From a virus: a stretch of 64,000 nucleotides of DNA. Below are positions 26,260 to 35,491 of this stretch, one piece after another; positions within the stretch are counted from its first letter, which is position 1, and each line of letters opens with the position of its first letter. The stretch spans positions 22,248 through 86,247 of IMG/VR virus record IMGVR_UViG_3300050821_009856; one strand, given 5' to 3'. The translations under genes and the position numbers were made by a program. The notes under the pieces were generated by a model that was given only the letters and a program-made list of their open reading frames with translations, was not told the origin of the DNA and made no database searches.

Positions 26260-29082
26260 TTACCCCACTACCAGGTAGTCCCAGGTGTAGGTCGTGGCAT
26301 CTACCAGGGCGTTGAGGGTGTTGAGCAGGAAGGTACTCGCCGTCTTGGTCGGGTACGTCTGAAGGAGGGCGGCAGCAGCAGCGTTGGTCGCCTGGATCTT
26401 AACGTGAGGTGCAGCGGCATAAGCAACAGCAAAGGTGACAGTGGCAAGTAAGCCGCTAGAGGACCCGGTGCCGGTCGTGACGCTGATGGTCCCACACGTA
26501 TCGGTGCCAACGACGGAGACGGTGGGGCTAGTCCCGAGGTTGGTTCCCGCGGCAATTGACGGATGCGTGTTGGCCTGAGGGGACTCCTGGAACGTGACGA
26601 TGTGCTTCGAGAGCCCTAGGTCGAGCATCGGCGCGAACACGCCTGCCGGAGTGTTCGATGGGAATGGGCCACAGTGCTGCTGGAACTCGGCTAGCTCAGT
26701 TACGCTCAGCGTGCCTGCCGGGAAACGGTAGACGACCATCCCGTAGTAGTCTGTTGATGCCGCGGCGATGTTGAAGGTTGTGACGGTGACGGTGACGGTG
26801 TCACTGGCAGATGCGATCCCCAGCATGTAGCCACTACACCACTGCCATTCACCATCTCCTCCAGATGGTCTTGCGAAAGTGTTGTTGGTGGCAACCCCCT
26901 GCCTCAAGACAATGAGTGGCTGTCCTCCAGAGGCACGACACCAGCAGCCGGCGAAGACAATTTCCCCAGAGCCTACGGCACCGGTGTTGGAATAGACCGT
27001 AGCATTGATATTGTTGGTCCCAGCCTGTGTCACACGGAACGCTCGCGTGCCACCAAACGGATCTGCGATTCCGGATGTGACAGTCGCCGGGTTGATGGCT
27101 GCAGGGAAATCGGCTGTGTTGTTTAGCGCCAGATTCTGGAACCTATTCCCTGCGAGTCTTCGGCCTGCATCTGTCTGTCCATAGACTTTGCCAAATAAGA
27201 ATCCGCTTTGCCCCTGAGATGAGGGCTGGAGCTGCACCAACGGGAAATATTGAGTGCCTACAACACATGGGCCAGTCACACCGCTGCAGTGGTCTACGTT
27301 TACTATGCTCGGGTTCGGGACAAATCCATTTATGCCGTCGATCTGCACGTCGGGAAAGAACACCCCGTTGTGGTCCTGGATGTCGTCAGCGTTACCTGAC
27401 CAACTGACTTGAGCAAACCCGTAGTTACCATAAAGCCTCAGGTGGACGCCCGGACCTGTCGGGTGTAAGAAGTCCGACTCAACATTGAAGTCGTTAACGA
27501 AGAAGTCCCACTCTTGAGCGCCATTGTAATAGGTGAGTCCACCGCCGCCAGCAGTGCAATGTTCAATGAAGTACAGGTAGCCACCAGAAATTCCTGTACC
27601 TGGTACGTCTGGTGTTAAGAAAACGGAGGAACGAAGAGGCTGGCCTCTATTTTCCGAGACCTGGAATAGCAACAGCGTGCTGGTCGTCCAGCTGTTGACG
27701 GGGGCCGTGAACGTCAGCTGGTTGGCTCCGACGTTGACCGACAGAACCTGGTAGACAAAGGCGCCAGTGGCGTAATCGCGAATGAAGTCGCCGGGCTGGT
27801 AGTAAGCTGCGTTCCCGGCCGTGGCCAGTGTAACGACAGCCCCGTTGATGCCGTTGGTGGCAATCGGGTCACCTTGGATAGCAATGCGATTGATGGTGTT
27901 GCCGATCGCCAACCCACCTGGACCATCGAAGGTGATAGTGCCTGCACCGAAGTTTGTAGAAACGATTGTCCTGGTTTGTCCACCTACGCTGACCTTCAGG
28001 CCATTCGCGTTGTGGGTGTACATGTCGTCCTGGTAGGACAGAGTAACGGTGTTGGTACTCACATTGGCGATGTATCCGCCCACCGTGATGCCGCCACCGC
28101 CGAGTGCTCCTTGCGCGAAGAAGTGGCAGTCTCGAATGTAGATCCAGAAACTAGCCCCAGCGAGAAATGAGGGGTGGCAGGCTGCGAATCCATTTACGGT
28201 CGTGATGGATGTTTCGAAAGAGCAGTCGTCAAAGCGAATTTTGGTGGGGCCGTGGGTGAAGTCTCCATGGGGAAGCCCCGTGATTGGATCTACGTTCAGC
28301 TCCGTCCTGTCGTAGAAGATGATGTTCTTGAATGACAGGCCGTTGGCGCCGTACAGCTTGAGTGCGGGAACTCCTGCAGCTCCGACCACCTGTGCCTGAC
28401 CACCGAAGCTGAACTGTGTACCCCGGCCGCCTATTCCGATCATCTCAAAGCGTAGGGTGCTACTGTTTACCCACTGATTGCTCCCTGTGTAGACAGCCGA
28501 GTCGGTGGTCAGCCAGATGCCAGTAGAATGGTCCGGATTACAGTAGCTGCCATCTGCCACATAGATCCGAGCTACGCCCAGGGCAGTTCCGCCAGCCGCC
28601 ACGCAAGCCTTCAGGGCTCCGTAGACAGTCGCGTAAGCGTTCTCCCAGTCGACGCCACTGTTGGTATCATTGCCGTTTGGATGAACGTAGCGTTCAGCGA
28701 AGACAGAATTCTTGACGTCTGGATTGAAGAGGATCGCCGGAATACTGGTGTTGACCGATGCCTGGATTTTGTGATTGTCTGAAGTTAGCCCGAGAACGCC
28801 AGTGGTGGACGTAGAGGCTGGCACGGAGCCGGCATTCAGCGTGAGCCCCTGAGTGGTCAGGGCCCCAACGTTGAAGGTCCCCGTGACAGTTAGGTTCTGG
28901 CCGACAGTGAAATTGCTGGTCGAGGTCAGATTGCCAAGGCCGTCACTTGTAACTGATGCGATGAGGTTAGCGATGCTAACGCCAGGCGGCAGCGATGCAC
29001 GATTCAGGCCGTTGTCGGCAAGCCCGTTCAGAAAGGCATTGTCGAGTGCTGTCCTGAACTCATTGGTGAACAGCAGCGACAT
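26260..29082 (-). CDS. tail fibre / receptor-binding protein, paralogue with extra N-terminal segment
   Basis: ERYVHPNGNDTNSGVDWENAYATV; shared C-terminus YTWDYLVVG. Confidence 0.75.
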   Translation of the reverse strand: MSLLFTNEFRTALDNAFLNGLADNGLNRASLPPGVSIANLIASVTSDGLGNLTSTSNFTVGQNLTVTGTFNVGALTTQGLTLNAGSVPASTSTTGVLGLTSDNHKIQASVNTSIPAILFNPDVKNSVFAERYVHPNGNDTNSGVDWENAYATVYGALKACVAAGGTALGVARIYVADGSYCNPDHSTGIWLTTDSAVYTGSNQWVNSSTLRFEMIGIGGRGTQFSFGGQAQVVGAAGVPALKLYGANGLSFKNIIFYDRTELNVDPITGLPHGDFTHGPTKIRFDDCSFETSITTVNGFAACHPSFLAGASFWIYIRDCHFFAQGALGGGGITVGGYIANVSTNTVTLSYQDDMYTHNANGLKVSVGGQTRTIVSTNFGAGTITFDGPGGLAIGNTINRIAIQGDPIATNGINGAVVTLATAGNAAYYQPGDFIRDYATGAFVYQVLSVNVGANQLTFTAPVNSWTTSTLLLFQVSENRGQPLRSSVFLTPDVPGTGISGGYLYFIEHCTAGGGGLTYYNGAQEWDFFVNDFNVESDFLHPTGPGVHLRLYGNYGFAQVSWSGNADDIQDHNGVFFPDVQIDGINGFVPNPSIVNVDHCSGVTGPCVVGTQYFPLVQLQPSSQGQSGFLFGKVYGQTDAGRRLAGNRFQNLALNNTADFPAAINPATVTSGIADPFGGTRAFRVTQAGTNNINATVYSNTGAVGSGEIVFAGCWCRASGGQPLIVLRQGVATNNTFARPSGGDGEWQWCSGYMLGIASASDTVTVTVTTFNIAAASTDYYGMVVYRFPAGTLSVTELAEFQQHCGPFPSNTPAGVFAPMLDLGLSKHIVTFQESPQANTHPSIAAGTNLGTSPTVSVVGTDTCGTISVTTGTGSSSGLLATVTFAVAYAAAPHVKIQATNAAAAALLQTYPTKTASTFLLNTLNALVDATTYTWDYLVVG

Positions 29083-29097
29083 CTAGCCCTGCCTTAC

Positions 29098-30054
29098 TTA
29101 GACCTTGGCGGTGATCCAGTAGTTGGCGCCGTCGCTCACGCAGGTCAAAGAACCGGTGGTCCCCGGGGTAATGACGTTGGTCGCAGCGCCGCCACTCTTT
29201 ACGGTCCCGCTAGTCGCTACGTTCACCGTGATGGTGTTGGTCGAAGTGACGGTACCGCTGGAGTCGACGATCGTGTACTCGCTGCCAGACGGAGCAGCGT
29301 GCGGAAGGGTAACGGTCCTGACAGACGCTCCAGACATGTAGATGATGTGGTCTGTCGCTGCCGCACTATATGAGGTACCAGCTTGCGTAGTGACGCCCAG
29401 AGTCTGCCCGGCATCTTGAAAAGATCCGCCGACCACTTGAACGGCGCCGTTGGCGCTCTGCTGCATGTAGAGTCCAGACTTGCTTGTGCCTTGCCCCTGA
29501 AAACCGATGCCACTGGAGGCAGCGACACTCATGCCAATAGAGTTGGTGTCGAGCGCAAAGACTCCGCCGGCCTGGAATGGCACAGAAGCCGGGAAGGTAT
29601 TGATGCTCCCGCTCACGTAAACGAGCCCTGCCGTGGAGGTAGCGCCAGATGCAGCCCCATTGAGGTCAAGGGCCGCACCTTGGGGGATGGAAACGGCAAC
29701 CTTGTCCGCTCCACTTTGGTACGTTTGGATACCAAAGGTGTACATGGTCGCCCAACGCAGACCGGTTGAGCCGAAGTTGAAGTTGTCATCGATGCTTGGG
29801 GCGATCGCCCCTAAGCCACCGAGACTGATACCGCCGAGACCACCAGCAATGACCAGCTGGTTACCGCCAGACTCGGTAAGAGTCTCCGTGGTACCGATGG
29901 TAATTCCAGTAGGAAAGATGCCGCCGGCTTCGCTATTGAGAATGGCTCCTAGAGAAAACAAGCCGGCAAGCCGCGGCGCAAGTCCTCGACCGGTCATCAG
30001 ACCGAAGAAGGCGCCATCGACTGCAGCAACTTGTTCATTTGTGAGAAGCGCCAT
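29098..30054 (-). CDS. virion fibre-like protein
   Basis: N-terminus MALLTNEQVAAVDGAFFGLMTGRGLAP shared with the next gene; C-terminal TVTLP..VSDGANYW domain. Confidence 0.7.
   Translation of the reverse strand: MALLTNEQVAAVDGAFFGLMTGRGLAPRLAGLFSLGAILNSEAGGIFPTGITIGTTETLTESGGNQLVIAGGLGGISLGGLGAIAPSIDDNFNFGSTGLRWATMYTFGIQTYQSGADKVAVSIPQGAALDLNGAASGATSTAGLVYVSGSINTFPASVPFQAGGVFALDTNSIGMSVAASSGIGFQGQGTSKSGLYMQQSANGAVQVVGGSFQDAGQTLGVTTQAGTSYSAAATDHIIYMSGASVRTVTLPHAAPSGSEYTIVDSSGTVTSTNTITVNVATSGTVKSGGAATNVITPGTTGSLTCVSDGANYWITAKV
29987..30015. repeat. 29-bp exact direct repeat, copy 1
   Basis: CGACCGGTCATCAGACCGAAGAAGGCGCC, also at 31064-31092. Confidence 0.9.
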
Positions 30055-30063
30055 TGTTTTTTC

Positions 30064-31131
30064 TTAGTTGATCTGTTCGATAACCGCTGCGTCATCGTAC
30101 GTGGCGCTGGTGAAAGTCCCCGCCGTACTCACGCTGATCGTCGTGTTGGGGTTCACAGTGATATAGATCGGCAGACCAGCCCAGAAACCAACCGACGTAG
30201 CGGCATTGATCGGCGATGCAGCCAAGCTCAGCGGGACGTTGAGTGTCTGGGCAGCACCTGCGTGGTCGGTGAAGGCGACTTGGAGGTTTATGCTCGCCGA
30301 GCCAGCTACGGTAATCTTGATCATCCCGCTGACAAGATAGGTGTGCTTGTTGCCGTCGTTTGGCGATGTGACGGTAATAAAGCTGGGGTCCGCTGCGGTC
30401 TTACCAGTTCGCGGAGCCGTAATTGCGCGAGTGGTAGAGACACCGATACCCGCAGTTGCTGCCCCACCTACGGTAGGGAGAAATCCCTGGTAGTCAACGG
30501 ACAGTTTTGACGTGGCGTTGTTCTTCAGCAGAAATAACAGGTCGCCGGCAGTACTGAGGGTGTTGCTGGTGTTAACGTTCCAGACGCCCGCTGATGCGGA
30601 ACCACTCGCCACATTGGATGTTATTGTGTGAATGCCAGCATTCTGCACAAGGCTGTCTGTCTCTTGAGCATTGAGGTAGATGGCCTGCCCGTTCGACATA
30701 ATGAACGGAGAACCGGACAAAAAGAATCCACCACCACCTGTCGTCAGCGTGAGCTGTCCACCGCCACTCGCAGATTCAGTGAAGACCTCCGAGCCGATAG
30801 AAAGGCTCTTGTTGGCAGTGGCGATGGTGATCCCACCCAGGAAGTTGAGGTTGGTGCCATCGAAGTACATGTCGCCAGTTGCACCAACGCGGTTGGTGCC
30901 GACGGTCCGGCCAGCCCAGGAAAATCCAGCTGACTGAGGTATCGAGAAGCCGTACTGAGTGCCTGTGGCGGAGGACTGGAAGAGCCCGGAAACGCCGCCC
31001 GGAAAGCTTCCGTTTACGATGGCTCCCAGGGAGAATAACCCTGAGAGAGCTGGTGCAAGCCCGCGACCGGTCATCAGACCGAAGAAGGCGCCGTCAATTG
31101 CTGAAACTTGGTCGTTTGTCAGGAGCGCCAT
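30064..31131 (-). CDS. virion fibre-like protein
   Basis: N-terminus MALLTNDQVSAIDGAFFGLMTGRGLAP; G/S/T-rich. Confidence 0.7.
   Translation of the reverse strand: MALLTNDQVSAIDGAFFGLMTGRGLAPALSGLFSLGAIVNGSFPGGVSGLFQSSATGTQYGFSIPQSAGFSWAGRTVGTNRVGATGDMYFDGTNLNFLGGITIATANKSLSIGSEVFTESASGGGQLTLTTGGGGFFLSGSPFIMSNGQAIYLNAQETDSLVQNAGIHTITSNVASGSASAGVWNVNTSNTLSTAGDLLFLLKNNATSKLSVDYQGFLPTVGGAATAGIGVSTTRAITAPRTGKTAADPSFITVTSPNDGNKHTYLVSGMIKITVAGSASINLQVAFTDHAGAAQTLNVPLSLAASPINAATSVGFWAGLPIYITVNPNTTISVSTAGTFTSATYDDAAVIEQIN
31064..31092. repeat. 29-bp exact direct repeat, copy 2
   Basis: identical to 29987-30015. Confidence 0.9.
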
Positions 31132-31141
31132 GAACTACTCT

Positions 31142-31528
31142 TTAGAAGGTCTGCGACAGGTCGGTCGCGTAGATGAGCTGGTCGTCGCAGTACAGTGTGT
31201 AGGTGCCGCCAGTGAAGGCGCTGAGGTCTGAGGCAGCGTAGGTCACAGGCTTCAGTCGGTTGTCCATGAACTTGGGGCCGATGCCCGCGGAGGGGACATT
31301 GCCGATCGCCGAGTTGGCTTCAACGCTTTCGGCATCGATGACCTTCTGGGCCGTGACGTGCGTTCCATCCGGGACCGTGAGGACTTTCACCTTCTGGCTG
31401 ACGGTACCGTTACTAAGCCAGCCAATCTGGCTGGGATACATGCCAGTGGATGAGGCGACAGTCAGCAGGCCACCGGTGGTGGCTACAGATACGACAGATT
31501 GAACGTTGGGGACAAACTTAGCCGCCAT
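31142..31528 (-). CDS. putative virion protein
   Basis: AGGAG ribosome-binding site; preceded by AATCTT; beta-rich. Confidence 0.7.
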   Translation of the reverse strand: MAAKFVPNVQSVVSVATTGGLLTVASSTGMYPSQIGWLSNGTVSQKVKVLTVPDGTHVTAQKVIDAESVEANSAIGNVPSAGIGPKFMDNRLKPVTYAASDLSAFTGGTYTLYCDDQLIYATDLSQTF

Positions 31529-31549
31529 GGGATTGTTCTCCTAAGGCGG

Positions 31550-31556
31550 AAGATTG
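31550..31556 (-). promoter_or_regulatory. YAATCTT putative late promoter
   Basis: intergenic; one of 8 copies upstream of minus-strand genes. Confidence 0.6.
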
Positions 31557-31559
31557 TGA

Positions 31560-32003
31560 TTAAGCCGGCCACTCTCCGCTGACCATCATTTGGGCGTCTT
31601 CCTGGGCCCTCTTACCAACCTGCTTGGCCCAAAGACTGGCGAGCATGCCAGCGGAAGCTGCCGCATAGTTGCCTTCCTGGATGAAGCCCAGGGTGTGGTG
31701 AAACTGGAGTAACGTGGGCAGCCCCATGTTGAAAGAAAGATCCCCCAGAACGGCCTGACGGACAGGGTCCAGGTCGACTGCCCATGGGAGAGCCTTGAGT
31801 AGCCCACTCATAGCGTCGTCAAGGTCCTGTTGAAGGAGCTGGTCGATTTGATCATCTGTGAGGGGCGGGACCATATCTGAGGGTAGTGGATGGGCCTCGA
31901 TGTTGTGCCCTACCCCCACCGTTTTGATGCCCTTGGAATCCAGATAGACGTTGGCTTCTCTGCCCTCGTGCTTGCTCACCAGCTTCAAGAGACTATCGAT
32001 CAT
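31560..32003 (-). CDS. T4-type lysozyme (GH24) endolysin
   Basis: HEGREANVYLDSKGIKTVGVGH (E-x8-D-x5-T); FNMG; SLWAKQVGKRA. Confidence 0.95.
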   Translation of the reverse strand: MIDSLLKLVSKHEGREANVYLDSKGIKTVGVGHNIEAHPLPSDMVPPLTDDQIDQLLQQDLDDAMSGLLKALPWAVDLDPVRQAVLGDLSFNMGLPTLLQFHHTLGFIQEGNYAAASAGMLASLWAKQVGKRAQEDAQMMVSGEWPA

Positions 32004-32018
32004 TTGCTCTCCCCGATG

Positions 32019-32048
32019 TTGACTAAGATTGTCGCCCTGTGGTAGGGT
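32019..32048 (+). promoter_or_regulatory. sigma70-type promoter whose spacer contains an opposite-strand YAATCTT (32025-32031)
   Basis: TTGACT-18 nt-TAGGGT with TG extension; ATG lies 7 nt after the -10. Confidence 0.55.
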
Positions 32049-32054
32049 TTCTGC

Positions 32055-32564
32055 ATGAAAATCCTTCTACTTGCTGTGGTGCTGGCAGGATGCGGAATCC
32101 GGTTCAATCCCGCCGACATCGTGGAGCCCCTGGACGATTCGCCAGCCCCATTCTACTGTGACTCGCAGTACTTCGGGTCAGTTGAATCTGAGTCGCAGAT
32201 CGACTGCGGCGTCTTCGAGGCCGATGCCAAACTGGCCACCGACATGGTTGTCCGTTTGACCAAGGTTGACTCCAACTCCTACTATCGGATCATGCGACGA
32301 ACGACCGTCCATGTTCGCAGCGTAGTTGAGTGGGGCTCGGGCTCAGATACGGTGAAAGGGCAGGCGTGGTTCCAGCGAATCGACATCGGCAGTTCCGCAA
32401 CCGCCTTGGCGCACGAGACCCTTCACGTCTACAGTTTCTCCCATTGGGAGGTGAACTCTGGTGACCATCCGGGGTGGATTGAGCTGTGTCCGGACGACTC
32501 AGATTCCAGGTGCAACTACTACCTGGCGGCCAACACGTACGCAGACCAAGCCAAGACACCTTAG
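32055..32564 (+). CDS. lipoprotein with HExxH zinc-metalloprotease motif
   Basis: lipobox LAGC; LAHETLH..HPGW; paralogue of 56547-57059. Confidence 0.75.
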   Translation: MKILLLAVVLAGCGIRFNPADIVEPLDDSPAPFYCDSQYFGSVESESQIDCGVFEADAKLATDMVVRLTKVDSNSYYRIMRRTTVHVRSVVEWGSGSDTVKGQAWFQRIDIGSSATALAHETLHVYSFSHWEVNSGDHPGWIELCPDDSDSRCNYYLAANTYADQAKTP

Positions 32565-35440
32565 AGTGGCGGGGTCAAATTCGGCATCGTGTAAAGTACG
32601 CGAGCCCCCTGGAAGTTGACGTTACCGGTTGCCGCAGTTTGCGGTACTCCGATGATGATCTGAACGACACCCTCCGAGGTACCAACAACGCCAGTAGCAA
32701 TTTGCGTGCTCGTCCAGGACTGATTTGCGGACCACCACGTGTACGAAGATGTGTTGTGAGTCACAGTGAACGTGTTGGGGGCGCCAGTATCGATGGCAGT
32801 CACAGTGTACGAGCCGCCCGCCGCATACGTCATCAATTGAGCGTATGAGAAGATGGAGTAGTCGATCGATGCGTGCGTGTTATTGGCCAGCACCTGGACG
32901 GCCGTGACGGTAGCGCCGGTCGGAATTCGCACCGTCGCTACATAGGCGGCGGTGGCACCCGATGTAATGGACTGGATGATCCATACCCGACTGCTACTGA
33001 TGTTGGTGCCGTACCCTGTCGTTAGACCGAAACTATTGAAGTCGGATGGGAGTAGGTGAATCGCCTTACTGACAGTCGTTGCAAACCCATAGTTCTGGGT
33101 GTTGGGGATGATGGTCGCCTGAGTTCCGGCGCCGCCTGCCGTGAAAGACCCACCTGGAGCAGTAGATCCACCAGTGGCTTTTACACCGAAGCCACCGACA
33201 CCGGCATTTTGGCCGTTGCCTCCAAGTAAGGTGGCGCCGTTACCGCCGATCTCCGCGCTACCGCCAGTGCCACCGGACCCGCCTGTCCCCTGGATTGCGT
33301 CGCCACCGGCGTTGTTGAGACCCGGTCGCCCGCCAGCGCCGATGGCGAGAATGGCGACACCGCCAGTGGCCCCGGTGCCTACCGGATTGCCACCTATCGC
33401 GTTGATAGCAACGCCACCATTACCGTTTCCGACCGCTACGCTCCCTATGGCTACAATGGCGGTGGAGCCGTTGACGTTACCAGCTTGCGGTGCACCGCCG
33501 GTGACGTGCATGCCGTCGCCACCGTTGCCAGACGTTGCTCCGCCTTTTCCGCCGTTGACGTCTATCCCAAGCCCGCCGTTCCCGGTTGCTCCACCGGCGC
33601 CCTGATTGTCGTAGGCGGCAGCGCCACCGTTGATGAGAAGACCGGTACCACCACCACCACTTCCGTTGCCGTTGCCAGCATCAAGAGAAAGGGCAGCGCC
33701 ACCGATGCCGTTTGTCGATCCGCTCCCGGCTCCGCCATTGATGTAAGCGCCGATACCACCAGCAGTGCTCGAAGAGCCACCGGTACCACCGCCGAAGTTG
33801 CCGCCGAAGCCGCCGGTCTGGGTGCCGAAGCCATTGCCACCGAAGCCACCGACTCCGTTGCCACCGAGGGTATTACCAGCTGTCCCGTTGCCACCGTTGA
33901 AAGTACCGGCGTTGCTGCCGCCACTGGTGGTGCCCGTGCCGCCGTTAACAGTTAGCCCCTGACCACCGTTGCCTGCCCCATTGTTGAAGCCCGTGACAGT
34001 CAGGCCTGTCACGTTCGAGATAGCGGTGATGGTTCCGCCAGCATCGCTGATGACAATGGGGGTTGATGGAGTGTTGTCGTTGCGGCTCAGCTGGACCACG
34101 CCGACACTGCTTGCAGTTGCAGGCGTAAAGGTCGTCCCGATTGGGTAGATCCAATTCTTAGTGTAGACCTGGGTACCGATGCGCCAGGCCAGAACGTGGC
34201 GGCTTCCAGGCGTAACGGGCGTCCCCATGGTAGACAGGAAGCCCTTGACGGGCTGAATCGGAGTGCCAACGCCAGGGCCGAGATAATCCCAGGTACAAGA
34301 GTTATCGACTTGCCCAGAAGTAGTTCCGGTAGGCCCACCTGAACCGGCAGAAGTCCCCAGGGTCGTGTTGATGTACACGTTCCCGTTGTTCTGAACCGTG
34401 TAGCCAACTGCGTATCCTGTCGTGCCAGCCCAGTTTGCCTTGGCGTGGCACTGGCTGCGATCCAAGTCCACGTACAAGCAGGCGCCATCGGCCAGGTCGG
34501 TCAGACCTGGCGAGTTGCTCGTCTGATCTGCGATGTCGTTCTCGATGCCAGTGCTGTTGTCGAAGATGAAGCGAACGTTTTGCCAGGTCAGGTTGGTACC
34601 AGACCAGCTGAAGTTTTCGCCGTTGGACAGTGTAGCTCCCCACCAAATGACCGTGACGTTTCGGTCCGCGGTGGCGCTGTACCAGTACTGACCGCCACCG
34701 ATTTCCCAAATACGGGTCATGGCAGCCTGCATCCACTCACGGACACTGGAGATGCCCTTGTCGCCGTTTGAGAAGATGTCGCCAGTCAGGTTCTCGAAGC
34801 GCCCACCCGGCCAGTTGTAGCCCTGGTTGATAGCCGCGAAGTCACCACCAGGAGCAACTCTGCCCATGATGTTCCGGCAGTCCTGGATGCTGACGATGTT
34901 CGTGTTGCTGTCGGTGACAACCTTGGCGATCGGCACAAGGTTTGGCTGGGCACTGAAGCTCGTGGTCGAGATGACGAACCGATAGTTCAGAGTTCGAGCC
35001 AGCGGGATATTCTTCGGAACCTCAGTGAGGGTCGTGCCGTTCAGGAACTGAAGAGTATCAGAGGTTGTGGCGTCAGCACTCCTAAGCAAGTCTACGCCGA
35101 TGAAGTTCGTAGCGTTGGCGGTCCAGCTGCCGCTAACAACGGTGTTCGTCGAGTTCAGGGTCTCCGGAGAACGGTTGGAAGGAACCTGGAAGATGGAGCC
35201 AGACTCGGAGGCATTGTAGTTGATGAGGACGCTACCAGCCGTAAGGACCTGGATGGCCGTGGCGGCAGACCCGACAGCAATGTTCGTCAGCTTGAAGCCG
35301 CCAACCACCAGGGCTTGCTTCCCGGACAGGATCCACCCGGACTGGACGTCAAAGTCCGCGGCGACGCTACTCTCCATGGCACGGAGCAGAGGCACGTCGA
35401 CACGCATTTGACCGAGCCAGTTCGTTTGTCTTTCTACCAT
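32561..35440 (-). CDS. glycine-rich tail fibre protein
   Basis: baseplate-attachment-like N-terminus, CBM5/12-like WAGTTGYAVG..NGNVY..WDYLG, long GGxG repeat region. Confidence 0.8.
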   Translation of the reverse strand: MVERQTNWLGQMRVDVPLLRAMESSVAADFDVQSGWILSGKQALVVGGFKLTNIAVGSAATAIQVLTAGSVLINYNASESGSIFQVPSNRSPETLNSTNTVVSGSWTANATNFIGVDLLRSADATTSDTLQFLNGTTLTEVPKNIPLARTLNYRFVISTTSFSAQPNLVPIAKVVTDSNTNIVSIQDCRNIMGRVAPGGDFAAINQGYNWPGGRFENLTGDIFSNGDKGISSVREWMQAAMTRIWEIGGGQYWYSATADRNVTVIWWGATLSNGENFSWSGTNLTWQNVRFIFDNSTGIENDIADQTSNSPGLTDLADGACLYVDLDRSQCHAKANWAGTTGYAVGYTVQNNGNVYINTTLGTSAGSGGPTGTTSGQVDNSCTWDYLGPGVGTPIQPVKGFLSTMGTPVTPGSRHVLAWRIGTQVYTKNWIYPIGTTFTPATASSVGVVQLSRNDNTPSTPIVISDAGGTITAISNVTGLTVTGFNNGAGNGGQGLTVNGGTGTTSGGSNAGTFNGGNGTAGNTLGGNGVGGFGGNGFGTQTGGFGGNFGGGTGGSSSTAGGIGAYINGGAGSGSTNGIGGAALSLDAGNGNGSGGGGTGLLINGGAAAYDNQGAGGATGNGGLGIDVNGGKGGATSGNGGDGMHVTGGAPQAGNVNGSTAIVAIGSVAVGNGNGGVAINAIGGNPVGTGATGGVAILAIGAGGRPGLNNAGGDAIQGTGGSGGTGGSAEIGGNGATLLGGNGQNAGVGGFGVKATGGSTAPGGSFTAGGAGTQATIIPNTQNYGFATTVSKAIHLLPSDFNSFGLTTGYGTNISSSRVWIIQSITSGATAAYVATVRIPTGATVTAVQVLANNTHASIDYSIFSYAQLMTYAAGGSYTVTAIDTGAPNTFTVTHNTSSYTWWSANQSWTSTQIATGVVGTSEGVVQIIIGVPQTAATGNVNFQGARVLYTMPNLTPPL

Positions 35441-35484
35441 GTGGATTCTCCGGACCGCGGTGAAGCCGCCGGCCTGTCAAACTG

Positions 35485-35491
35485 AAGATTA
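35485..35491 (-). promoter_or_regulatory. YAATCTT putative late promoter
   Basis: overlaps the upstream TAA; precedes the Gly-rich fibre gene. Confidence 0.55.

Noticed and set aside
23755-35440. Diversity-generating retroelement or invertase shufflon acting on the fibres
   Set aside because: No reverse transcriptase, site-specific recombinase, adenine-variable TR/VR pair or inverted cassettes seen in this window.
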